Assembly: GCA_035221665.1 (NCBI GenBank)
Contig: CM069156.1
Coordinates: forward strand, 14,880,001-14,944,000
Length of the DNA: 64,000 nt
Direction: 5' to 3'
Origin: Okamejei kenojei
Taxonomy: Eukaryota
Both the position numbers and the translations under genes were made by a program. Positions 39,666 through 51,668 of this stretch are shown one piece after another (position 1 is the first letter of the stretch; each line of letters begins with the position of its first letter). The notes beneath the pieces are model-generated. The model ran no database searches. It was not told the DNA's origin and saw only the letters and a list, made by a program, of their open reading frames with translations.

Positions 39666-42600
39666 TATTAATGAAACAACAGATACAAAGAGTATACGAT
39701 GATCTCTGTATTTTTGCTCATGATTCCAACATCTGCAGTTCCGTGCGTCTACTGGAGGATCTCAGTGGGTTGAAGTGCCCAATGCTGAATACTGCAAGGA
39801 CATTGTGATCATAAAATTGCAGTGCCAAACTGGTGCACTTACTTAAATCTGTGGAATTCCCAACAAAATAGTAGCATGCCACCCCTCAACCCCCGATCCT
39901 CAACTGATTCTATAACCACCCCTGACAATCCCGCCTATAATCTCTGGAAACAAGTAACTGCAGATGCTGGAGTAACTCAATGGGTCAGGCAGCATACTTA
40001 CAGAGATCGATGGGAACATTCTTGCACCCATATATCTCCTTCTGGGTTTAGATTTCTCTTCTCTTCTTTCCTTATCTGTTGAGTACTGTGTATATTCTAT
40101 GTTTACAAACCTGTGCTGCTGCTGCAAGAATTATATTGTTCCGTTCCGATTTAAACACTTGACAATCTCTTGACACCCTTTTGTCTCCTTATAATCTCGA
40201 ACTTTTATCACACACTCTACATATCTGCCAATCACCTCCCTTCTCCTCCATCCATCTATCACTTGACTAGGTTTGTCTCACCCCCAACCATTTTCCCTAC
40301 TCCTATCAGAAGAAGGATCCCAACCCAAAATGTTGTCCGTGCATTCCCTCCACAGATGCTGCCTGACCCACTGAGTTTCTTCAGCGATTTGTAACTTGCT
40401 CAGTGAAGGGTTTCCTGAGCTTGTGGATTTGCAATTTATAGAGTGGCTGTCAATAATTAATGTAGGACAGGAATATACAAAAGGGCAAATCTGGGATTGC
40501 AGAGATCTGGGAGAAGTATATGATTAGGGGAAGAACATGCTAATACAGGGAAGATCACAGATAACTTGAAACAAAGCATTAAGGATTTTAAAATTGAGCT
40601 CGTTTTACAACTGAAACCAAATTGGGTCCACTGACAGTGAGTTTGCTTGACACTATCATCTTTCAGCAGCAAGATGAGCATTATGGCATAATATCCCTGT
40701 AGTATGATCAACTTCATGGCATTATAAACGGACTTCATGACCAGCCACATAGTATCATGTTCCAGCAATGTGACACGCCTCTTATATCCTGCCCCCAACA
40801 TGTTCATCCTCCTAGCTTCATATCCAAGAAATGTGATGAGCTTCATGCCATTATATCACAGCAGTGTGACTGATCTCACAGTATTACAACTACCAGTGTG
40901 TTCAACCACATGGTATTATATGGATAGAAAAGGCTTTGAGGAATATATGCCAAATGTGGGTAAATGGGATTAACTTAGATATGGCATCTTGATCGGCATG
41001 GATGAGTTAGTCCGAAGGGCATTTCCACGTTGTATCTCTATTCCAAGCTCATGCTATGAAAACCCGGTAGTGAGAACAACCTCGTGACATTGTAACCTTA
41101 TACCCCAGAGAGCTACCACATAAATTTGAACCATCAGCATATTAAACAAATAAAATGTATTTTATATTTTTATATCTTCAAGTAATTCTAATCAGGAATG
41201 TACAGGTGCACATAAAATAAATAGAAAATAATAGCCAAGGCTTTTAAACTCTCATATTCTTGCCAACAATTAAATAGTGCAATATCCTGTATAATTTATT
41301 ATAATGTACATTGTTAAGGTCCAATTAATGCAATTGTATGAATTATATACTGGAAAGGCAATTCAGTTCTGTTCCTCTTTGTCAGCTCTGTATCATAGTG
41401 GTATAGTGTCACCAAGCATATCTTAATGCCTGCACATTTGGATGCCTACTTGTTTATGTGACAGAACACATTTTAAATGATTATAAAAGCCTAGAGGTAA
41501 TTTTCTGACGACCATAACTTACAGCAATGAAACAAAGTAGTGCCTCTCACATAATGGATTATGTTTGTCATAAAATTTACTATAAACTATTTCTCACTGG
41601 AAAATAATGCAATTTTAGTACATATACAGTAATTTGGTGCATAGAAATGCAAATTCCACATTCTTCTGTGGATTAACGCCATCCATTTCCAACATGTGCT
41701 TTGTAAGAAAAGTTGCCAGCAATCCCCATAAGAATGCCCTTCACCTTGGATCTTAGCTGTGCAAATTAGCTACACTTCAGGGGAAAGAATATATATATTT
41801 TCATTGATTTTGGAAGACTTAACAATGTAAACCAGAAGGATGAAAACATAGAGTTAAAGATTATACAGAAACGGTAAATCCATGCTTCCATTATTCTGAC
41901 ATGAATCCTGACTCTGATTTAGAATTTATCCACTAATCAGGTAACAACCTCAGGAAAATGAAATGTTCTTACCAGTGGCCTCCAAAATAAAAGCACCCAA
42001 ACCAGCAAAAAATATTCAACTTATACTTATCCAAGGCAACTTTATGTAGCAAAAAACTCCCGGTACTTAACAAAAATCTTTTTGAACAAAATATGACATT
42101 CAGTCATAAGGAATTGCTCACTGAGGCTTTTCCCTGGTGGCATCAAAGCCATCCACCCAGCAACTGATGCTGTCCTGGACTGGATGTCTACCCTTGACCT
42201 ACAACTTTAGGCTGTGCACGCCATACGCAAGAAGATAAGGAATTGTTACAACAGATGACCAAAGTATTGCTCAGTTGTTTAGTGCATTAAAAGAGGAAAG
42301 ATATAGAAACAGTTTAAGGTGTGAATTCTTGGCTTTAAGGATTATATATTAGCTCAAGATGCAGCCACCAACCATAGACAAATTAAAGAGTGATCCAGTG
42401 CCCGGAATTAGGAGAATGCAAGTATTATAAAAAGTGGAACAGATTACAATGGCTGGGAGGTGTTAGCTATTTTGAAAGGGATAAAAATGTAAAACTTACC
42501 TTAGATCCAATGAAGTTAAGGTGAAAAGTTTTCAACCTTGTACCTTTCTTGTGTCAAACTTGATTGCTTTATGGCCTGTCTGCAAGATTTTGTAATGTTG

Positions 42601-44294
42601 CCCTTTATGTATCAAAATTGGAACGGAAAGTGAACAAGTTATGCTTAACTCAAAAGGAAACTGCATTTGCTTTTGGCCCATGGAGTATGTTAGTTTTGCA
42701 TACCATAAATTAGATAAAATCCGATTGATGAATCTGGGAACACTATTTGCACTACATGGGCCAAATTGAATGTAGTTCAGGAACTAGAGGAGCAGTTAAA
42801 ATTAATTTGCCAATTGACAAGCAGAAAAAATGCCTCTTGGAATAAAATCAGGCAGGGGAAGATAAATTAGTTTCACTACAACCTCCCCACCGTAATTAGA
42901 CACTATTGTCTCTTAATGCAATCTGTTTGTTTCACCATTGGTGCCCTTTGAAATTGCCAAGTAATAGCTTCTATTGACAGCTTGTTCAATGATACCCCAA
43001 TAAACAATGTGATCATACAGCTTTAAGTATTTTTTAGCTTGCGGTAACAAAAATAAACAAAGCTATTAAAAAGACCTTTGTTTTTGAAAATCCTGCAAGG
43101 AAAAAACATTGTTATTGCAAGCATAAACTTCTCTAGCACCTAACCCTTCTTTTCCCCCATTGACACAATTTTTTACTAATGTAATTTTCTATAACACAAC
43201 ATTTCTTAGACATACAATTGTCGCGTTATAGCAGTACTTGTTGAAAGAAATATAAATCATGGAAAATGGTTACTTGTTTTGTACTTGGGATTCTATTATG
43301 ATGGGAGAACGATTTAAGCTGTGCTTCAAAGAGCACAAAAATGTGATAAATAAGATACCGGGAAAATGTTTCTTCAGGTGCTGAGTTCAGAAAAGAGGGC
43401 ACTACTTTAAAAATGAAACTTGGCCATTTAGGAATATTAGGAAAGCAGATGGGGTGGTTAATTCTTGTTCCCAGTAAGATTGGGCTTACCGAGACCACTG
43501 AAATTCTCCAAAATTAAGGTTGTGTTGTCAAGGTAATAAGGGTTACAGAACAAATGCAGGCAATTATATCTCTGACACAAAGCAGTCACGATTTACTGAA
43601 TGTTAGAACAGCATCAAAATACTAAATGGTTCATCCGATGGAAGGTTCAATCAGTGCATCACATCATTAACTACACTTTTTATCTGTTTTTATTCCTTCA
43701 GCGATGTACATTTCCTAACATAGAAGTTTCAAATGTGACTGCACCAAGAAATATATACTTGTAACCCACCAATTAATGTTTAATGGACAACCTGCACATC
43801 GATAATATCTTTAATGTAGGAAAAGTTTCCAAGGTGTTCAAATAAAATTTGATATCAAATAACGCTTTTGGCAGACAACTAAAAGCTTTGTCAGTGAGGT
43901 AGGTTTTAAAGATCAAGAGGTAGAGGAGATTTGAGGGAATCTCAGAGCTTAGAGCCCAGAGAACCTAAAGGTAACGGTACCAAAGTGGGGATGTACATGG
44001 CTAAGTAAAGTGAAGTGTGTAAAATTGAGTGTAGTCAGGCATAAGTGCAAGACTGAAAGTTTTTGATAAAAGAATGAGGTATTTTCAACCAGGGGGTTTA
44101 AAGGGTAAAAGGTCACTGAAACTGCAACTATCTCTGTAAGTTTGTTAGAAGTAATCTGACTCCTGAGACAAGTGAAATGAGAGAGTAGTATAGAAAGATA
44201 AAAAATAATGAATAGCGATACATTGACATTGTAGTTACTGTAAAAGATACATGCTAAGCCTTTCCCTTTCAGCAACCAGCTGATGAAAAATAAC

Positions 44295-44611
44295 TGTGTA
44301 AAAAGGAACTGCAGATGCTGGTTTACACTGAAAATAGACAAAGTAACTCAGCGGGTCAGGCAGCATCTCTGGAGAAGATTAGGTGCCATTTCGGGTCGTG
44401 ACCCATCTTCAGACTGAGAGTCAGGGGAGAGGGAAACTAGAGATATGAAGAGATATGAAATATAAACCTCTTCAAATCTCTTGTTTTCCTGTCCCCTAAC
44501 TCGGTCTGAAGAAGGGTCTCAGCCCGAAACATCACCTATTCATTTTCTAGCATGCAGAGATGCTGCCTGACCCGCTGAGTTACTCCGGCATTTCATGTCT
44601 ATCTTCGATGT
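44295..44611. mobile_element. PLE-derived foldback element with two opposed degenerate hammerhead cores
   Basis: ~140-bp inverted arms; flanking repeat aaaataactgt at 44287-44297 and 44612-44622. Confidence 0.8.
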
Positions 44612-45051
44612 AAAATAACTGTTGCTTTCAGTCTATTTTCTGCTGCATCGCAAGCATGATTATTTTTTTACACATGCAAATGAAATATTAATATAAAAAA
44701 CCAGCAATATTAAAAGAAAGAAGAAAACATGTTTATAAAGCAAAAGTTACTAGTTATACACAGGTCAGCCTGAGTATGTAAAGAATAAAAGCAACATTTC
44801 AGAACAATTCCTTGTTACTTAACAGATATTACCTGGCCAATTCTATATGCCAGTTTATTTTCATATTTCCAGCATTTGCATTGTTTTATCCCCCCAAAGG
44901 TTAACATGATTGCAGCAGTAAAATACCTTGCAGTAATTATAAGAACTCGGTAACTACTGCAACCATGGGTGGATTTATGAGTTGCGGCTAATATGACATG
45001 ACAGCACCTGCAATCTTGAATTTAAAATTCCTACAGAAACTCCACATTCAT

Positions 45052-46125
45052 TTATTTGTTTCTGAAACTGAACAAGATCACAAATCCTGTAATAACCATA
45101 AGAGTCACTGTCATCTCCATTAGCTTTTGAAGATTCAATCTTCTTTCCAAGTTTTCCCTATTTTTGCGATGCTGCTTCCTTCTCAAGCGAAGTAACTGCT
45201 CCATCTCCAGTTGTTTTCCATAATGAGCCTTGTAGAACTCATCGAAATTGAACTTTGATTTCCCATCATTTAACGTATCTTCTGGACTTTCAGCCTGTGG
45301 TTGTTTTACTGTTGAGACTCGAGGTTTGTTTGAAAGTTTTTTACCAACATGCAAATCTGCAGGAGTCAGAATTCCTCGATCGTACTTTTTCCTTAGGCTC
45401 ACACAGCCCAACACTGAATATGCTTCATTGATTTGAGTAAACCTCACTGCTGCCACCTCACTGCCTGCATTTCTATCTGGATGGTAAATGAATGATTGCT
45501 TGTAGTAAGCAGACTTGATCTGACTATGTGTAGCATTTGGAGACACTTTCAAAATATCATAGTATATTGTGCTGTTCCCTGGTGGAAGTGGGACAGCATT
45601 ATTTTCACCATAATAACTCTTATCATTCTTATAGTACCCATACATTCTGCATTGCTGTAATGATTTGATGCCAGAATAACGATGATGAAGATGTTGCCTA
45701 TCGTCCCGAAGAAACGCACAAGTGTTTGAGCTGATTAACTGCTGAAACATCTGGATCGAAAGACCACGACGGCATTTGTCATTCACCCCCTGAAAAGTCA
45801 AAGCATGACAGGGCCAACCATTTGCACAGTTGGCAAGTCTTTTAGTTGTGCGAGTATGACTGAAACTGAGGGTATCAACCAAAGGCCCGCAGTCAGCAGT
45901 CATGAGAAATTCAGTTCTTCCACCCATTTCACTTGGCTTCAATGAAGGGCATTCTTTGCTTAGTATCCCAGCTGGGCCAACCGTCGCAGATTTTAGCCGT
46001 GTTGGGTAGAAGGGCAACACAGCGAGGATTTGGGAGAGGAATTCCCCAGCTTTTGCTGGTCCCCACCTGGCACTGTTCCTGACAGATAACAGTGGCAGGT
46101 GCCACGGCTCCAGCTTTGCGGCCAT
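45052..46125 (-). CDS. DNAJC30: DnaJ homolog subfamily C member 30 (mitochondrial), single coding exon, 357 aa from the first in-frame ATG
   Basis: J-domain YYDILKVSPNATHSQIKSAYYKQSFIYHPDRN...YSVLG...LRKKYDRG with HPD motif, FNFDEFYKAHYGKQL motif and a C-terminal hydrophobic segment. The ORF track starts at a GTG (46188); the first ATG is at 46125 (context gcgATGg). True start not certain. Confidence 0.93.
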   Translation of the reverse strand: MAAKLEPWHLPLLSVRNSARWGPAKAGEFLSQILAVLPFYPTRLKSATVGPAGILSKECPSLKPSEMGGRTEFLMTADCGPLVDTLSFSHTRTTKRLANCANGWPCHALTFQGVNDKCRRGLSIQMFQQLISSNTCAFLRDDRQHLHHRYSGIKSLQQCRMYGYYKNDKSYYGENNAVPLPPGNSTIYYDILKVSPNATHSQIKSAYYKQSFIYHPDRNAGSEVAAVRFTQINEAYSVLGCVSLRKKYDRGILTPADLHVGKKLSNKPRVSTVKQPQAESPEDTLNDGKSKFNFDEFYKAHYGKQLEMEQLLRLRRKQHRKNRENLERRLNLQKLMEMTVTLMVITGFVILFSFRNK

Positions 46126-46560
46126 CGCCCTTGTCTGGACACACTGCCCCAGAGCAGGAGGGCAAGATGAGGGCGCGCCCCCCCCCACACACCGCGCGCA
46201 CCCGGCGGTGCTCGCCGGCCGTTGGTTCCCGAACGGCCAAATGACCTTTGCCGAGCAATTGCTGCCGTGGATCCCGGCTTATTCCCCGCACCTCAGGCTG
46301 CTGCTGCTGCTGCTGCCAACGGTAACTTTCTTTGTCCAGTCCCCCATGTCCCGGCCGCAGCGCAGCGTCACACTCTGGCCGGCACACGCCAGCGCCATCT
46401 TGCCCTCCTCATCCCGCCCGAATCTGCCGCCCATCGAAGACGGCGCCTCATGGACACGTATGTACAGTCCTAACAAATGCGCGTGAGAATCTTCACCCAG
46501 TTCCGCCCACGCTATTCCGATTGACAGCTCAACCGACCGAGAAACAATTGTCAAACTGCA
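46080..46560 (-). promoter_or_regulatory. CpG-island promoter and 5' leader of DNAJC30
   Basis: High GC and CpG density; YY1-like CGCCATCTT (46393-46401), GC-box-like TCCGCCCAC near 46502, short (CTG)n tract near 46298-46315. Confidence 0.7.
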
Positions 46561-46561
46561 G

Positions 46562-47600
46562 CTAGGCACCAAAATGCTGGAGTAACTCAGTGGGTCAGGC
46601 AGCACCTCCGGAGAAAAGGAACAGGTGACGTTTCTTCAGATTGAGTTAAAAACATAAAGACATAGAAACATAGAAATTAGGTGCAGGAGTAGGCCATTCG
46701 GCCCTTCGAGCCTGCACCGCCATTCAATATGATCATGGCTGATCATCCAACTCAGTATCCTGTACCTGCCTTCTCTCCATATCCTCTGATCCCCTTAGCC
46801 ACAAGGGCCACATCTAACTCCCTCTTAAATATAGCCAGAGAACTGGCCTCAACTACCCTCTGTGGCAGAGAGTTCCAGAGACTCACCACTCTCTGTGTGA
46901 AAAAAGTCTTTCTCATCTCGGTCTTAAAGGATTTCCCCCTTATCCTTAAGCTGTGACCCCTTGTCCTGGACTTCTCCAACATCGGGAACTATCTTCCTCC
47001 GACTGCACCCGCTGAGTTTCTCCAGCATTTTGTGTACCCTGAGTTCTCCGACTAGTTCACTGTCTTTCTGATTAATTTTACTGATTGTATGCCTCCTTGT
47101 CACCTTCCCTCAGCTAACAATGAACTATTCTACTCCTTATCATCGTCTGCTTTGATCTGCCGTTTTCACACCTTTCCCGCTCATCTCTCTAGTTTCCCTT
47201 TCCCCTGACTCTCAGTCTGAAGAAGGGTCTCCACCTGACACATCACCCATTCCTTCTCTCTAGAGATGCTTGCTTGTCCCGCTGAGTTACTTCAGCATTT
47301 TGTGTCTATGGTATAAACCAGCAACTGCAGTTCCTTGCAAAACAATTGCCAAACTGCAGAAACTGGAGTAACTCAGCGGGTCAGGCAGCATCTCTGGAGA
47401 AAAAGAATAGGCAATGTTTGTGGTCAAGACCCTTCTTCAGACTGAGAGACAGGGGAAAGGGAAACGAGAGATATAGACGGTGATATAAAGAGATATAAAA
47501 CCAATGAATGAAAGATAGGCAAAAAAGTAACGATCAAGTAATGATCAAGGAAACAGTCCATTGTTAGCTGTGGGCTGGATGTTAACGAGTTAACGCATGC
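46562..47600. mobile_element. Cluster of PLE ends with a nested CR1 tail (~46654-46998, -) immediately upstream of DNAJC30
   Basis: PLE arms ~46565-46645, ~47003-47340 and ~47360-47600; repeat aaacaattg(t/c)caaactgcag at 46542-46561 and 47340-47359. Confidence 0.75.
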
Positions 47601-47924
47601 CCAGCAATATCTGCCAGTTTCCAGGAAAATAATTGCAACACCGCATTCCTCCTTATTTCTTTGTATTTCTGCAAAATATTATTTCTTACACGGCCATCAG
47701 CTTTCCTTTATTTATTTCTAGCATTGACATACACCAAGGGATAATTCACAGTTGCTAATTAACTTAGTACCGCATCTTTGGGATGTCATGCCAACTCCAC
47801 ATAAAAACACCCAAGATCAGCAGCAAACTTGGATTGCTGGAGCTGTTAAGCAGCAGACATATCTGCTGTACCACTGGACCTTCAGTCTCATCAAGGATAC
47901 TCTTGTCGTCCCACATCGACAACT

Positions 47925-48421
47925 AAGGACATTCTTGCTATTGAGGGAGTGCAGCATTGGTTCACAAGGTTAATTCCTGGGATGGCGGGACTGTCATATG
48001 CTGTGGGAATGGAGCAGCTGGGCTTGTATACTCTGGAATTTAGGATGAGAGGGGATCTTATTGAAACATAAAAGATTATTAAAGGTATGGACATGCTCGA
48101 GGCAGGAAACATGTTGGGGGAGTCCAGAACCAGGGGCCACAGTTTAAGAATAAGAGGTAAGGCATTAAGAACGGAGATGAGGAAACACTTTTTCTCACAG
48201 AGTTGTGAGTCTGTGGAATTCTCTGCCTCGGAGGGCGGTGGAGGCCGGTTCTCTGGATACTTTCAAGAGAGAGCTTGATACGGCTCATAAAGATAATGAA
48301 GACAGGGGATATGGGGAGAAGGCAGGAACGGAGTACTGATTGTGGATGATCAGCCATGATTACATTGCGGTGCTGGCTTGAAGGGCCGAATGACCTCCTC
48401 CTGCACTTATTGACTATTGTC
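47925..48421 (+). mobile_element. CR1-clade LINE 3' fragment
   Basis: RMRGDLIET and GESRTRGHSLRIRGK peptides plus CR1 3'UTR. Confidence 0.85.
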
Positions 48422-48474
48422 TCCAGTCAGAACCCAGAGTCTGGATTGAAAGCAAGTCATCTTGGATCCTGGGG

Positions 48475-48669
48475 GTAGACATAAAAAGCTGGAGTAACTC
48501 AGCAGGGCAGGCAGCATCTCTGGAGAGAAGGAATGGGTCTGAAGAAGTGTCTCGACCAGAAACGTCACCCATTCCTTCTCTCCAGAGATGCTGCCTGTCC
48601 CGCTGAGTTACTCCAGTTTTTTGTGTCTATCTTCGGTTTAAACCAGCATCTGCAGTTTCTTCTTACACA
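48475..48669. mobile_element. PLE-derived foldback with a hammerhead core at the hairpin apex
   Basis: ~60-bp inverted arms directly flanking CTGAAGA...GAAACGTC (48539-48566). Confidence 0.8.
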
Positions 48670-49149
48670 TTCGATCCCGTGGGAATCACATGTGAACTTT
48701 CTAAAACTTATTTGGCAAACTTTTCAGGTATAAAGATGGAGAATAGACATGCTGATCAATCACCTGATGATTGATTTTGAAGCATCGTCTTATTTGTATT
48801 CGCAACTATTTTGCAATATTAAATGTGTTAACATCCCGTATTAAAACGTGCAAAATAAAAACATATTTCCGACGGTATCTGTAATGATAAACATGTTAAA
48901 ATATTTGGCCAATTGGCTTGTTTACCATTTACTTGATAGATTTTTAAAATGTGGCTAATCACGTTTTGTTAAGTATATTAACAATGTTAGCATGATGCCA
49001 AGTTTCCGACCAACTTTTCCTAATCTCTCCACTATCTGGTTCCCACCTATTTCCATGTTTGTGCGAAGCTTGTGTAAGCCATGTATTAGCAAGCAGTTGC
49101 TGCATAAGTATGAATTCGGTGCAAATCAATCAGGCATTTCTTGCAATAT

Positions 49150-49720
<571 letters not shown>

Positions 49721-49738
49721 AATTCCCATACTTACCTT

Positions 49739-50887
49739 GGGTACACAAAAAGCTGGAGAAACTCAGCGGGTGCAGCAGCATCTAAGGAGCGAAGGAGATA
49801 GGTGACGTTTCGGGTCGAGAACCTTCTTCAGACTGGTCAGGGATCAGGGAAACGAGAGATATAGACGGTGATGTGGAGAGATAAGGAACAATGAATGAAA
49901 GATATGCAAAAAAAGTATCGATGATAAAGGGAACAAGCCATTGTAAGCTGTGGTGTGAAAATGAGAAGATGGTGCGACTGGGGTGGGGGAGGGAGATAGA
50001 GATAGAGGGAATGCCAGGGCCCGAGGGCTGAGGGAGAGGTGGGAAGGGGAGGAGACAGCAAGGGTTAACAGAATTGAGAAAATTCAATGTTCAAGCCCAA
50101 AGGATGCAGACTCCCCAAGCGGAATATGAGGTGCTGTTCCTCCAGCTTGCGGTGTTGCTCACTCTCTGGCCGTGGAGGAGGCCCAGGACCGAGAGGTCGG
50201 ATGCGGAATGGGAGGGGGAGTTGAAGTGCTGAGCCACCGGGAGGTCGGGTTGGTTATTGCGGACCGAGCGGAGGTGTTCGGCGAAGCGATCGCCAAGCCT
50301 CCGCTTGGTCTCACCGATATAGATCATCTGGCATCTGGAGCAGCGGATGCAGTAGATGAGGTTGGAGGAGGTGCAGGTGAACCTCTGTCGGACCTGGAAG
50401 GACTGCTTGGGTCCCTGAAAGGAGTGGAGGGGGGAGGTGAAGGGACAAGTGTTGCATTTCTTGCGGTTGCAAGGGAAAGTGCCCGGGGAAGGGGTAGAGC
50501 GGGAGGGGAGGGAAGAATTGACAAGGGAGTTGCGGAGGGAGCGGTCTTTGCAGAAGGCAGACGGGGGGAAATGGGAAGATGTGGCGGGTGGAGGGGTCAC
50601 GTTGGAGGTGTCGCATCAGCTTCTCATTTTCACACCACAAACAGCTTACAATGGCTTGTTCCCTTTATCATCGATACTTTTTTGCATATCTTTCATTCAT
50701 TGTTCCTTATCTCTCCACATCACCGTCTATATCTCTCGTTTCCCTGATCCCTGACCAGTCTGAAGAAGGGTCTCGACCCGAAACGTCGCCTATCTCCTTC
50801 GCTCCTTAGATGCTGCTGCACCCGCTGAGTTTCTCCAGCTTTTTGTGTACCCTCAATTCTCCAGCATCTGCAGTTCCTTCTTTAACA
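49739..50887 (-). mobile_element. Penelope-like retroelement (PLE), 5'-truncated, GIY-YIG remnant, inverted pseudo-LTRs, 14-bp TSD
   Basis: ORF 50091-50600(-) has CNRKKCNTC...NLIYCIRCSRCQMIYIGETKRRLGDRFAEHLRSV...PVAQHFN (PLE GIY-YIG endonuclease). ~240-bp inverted arms (49739-49978 and ~50610-50853). TSD cccatacttacctt at 49725-49738 and 50888-50901. Confidence 0.92.
50760..50787 (+). ncRNA. Minimal hammerhead ribozyme core in PLE pseudo-LTR
   Basis: CUGAAGA-A-GGGU(CUCG)ACCC-GAAA-CGUC: conserved core, stem II, palindromic loop-less stem III (ACGU), GUC cleavage triplet. Matches the minimal hammerheads known in Penelope-like elements. Stem I is weak locally. Confidence 0.75.
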
Positions 50888-51140
50888 CCCATACTTACCT
50901 TTCTGTCCTGGCCCTCCTAAAACTGTCCGGCTGAGGCCCAATGTAAATTGGAAAAACAGCGCCTCATATTTCGCTTGGGCGGCTTACAACTTCAAGTAGC
51001 CCTTACTTTCCCTCTCTCTCCCCCTCCCTCTAAATTTTTACTGATTGTATGCCTCGTTTGCATCATCCCCTCAGCTAACAATGAACCATTCTACATTACC
51101 TTGACCATCCTCTGCTTTGCTTGGTCGTTTTCACACCTAC

Positions 51141-51619
51141 CAGGCACGGAAATCGCTATCAAAACATGGGGGGGACACACACACACAATTTCTTGGCAGT
51201 CACGCGCGGCTTCGGCCATGAGCCCTGTGGACGGTAACATCGGGAGCTGACCTGGTTGGTGACCGACTCCAAACCCCAGCAACAGCAGCTTCGTCCGCCC
51301 CGAATCGTAGGGCTTCATTCAGCCCGTTTGCGGGGACTTCAACATCAGGAGCCTCGATCGCCTTGATGCAGCAATTTGACAACAGCGCAGTGGAAGATCC
51401 TGCGGCTGTTGTCAAATTGCTGGCCAGGCGATGAAAATTCCCGCGAACGGGCCGATTCAAGCTCCGCTCTATGATCTTTGCTCCATCAGGACGTCTCGTT
51501 CTCCAATTACCGCGCTCTATCCTCAGGCTCACCCCCCCCCCCCCCCCCCCCCCCCACTTCCACCTCTGACCGACACCTCCCTCCTCCAATCATTGCGCTG
51601 AATCGTCATGGTCTCCCCC

Positions 51620-51654
<35 letters not shown>

Positions 51655-51668
51655 AATCTCCGCCCCTG
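51141..51668. mobile_element. hAT-type MITE inserted into a PLE fragment (~50935-51810)
   Basis: Imperfect TIRs caggcacggaaatc / gaatctccgcccctg, G-run and C-run inside the ends, degenerate 8-bp TSD (cacc-tac / caccatac); host PLE sequence resumes after 51676. Confidence 0.65.

Noticed and set aside
45929-46387. 152-aa minus-strand ORF with poly-Q overlapping the DNAJC30 start
   Set aside because: Non-ATG start, stop-poor GC-rich DNA, no recognisable homology; poly-Q comes from a short CAG tract.
49728-49737. ATACTTACCT as the start of a U1 snRNA gene or pseudogene
   Set aside because: The match stops after 10 nt; no U1 body follows.
50172-50747. 191-aa plus-strand ORF
   Set aside because: Antisense shadow of the PLE GIY-YIG sequence.
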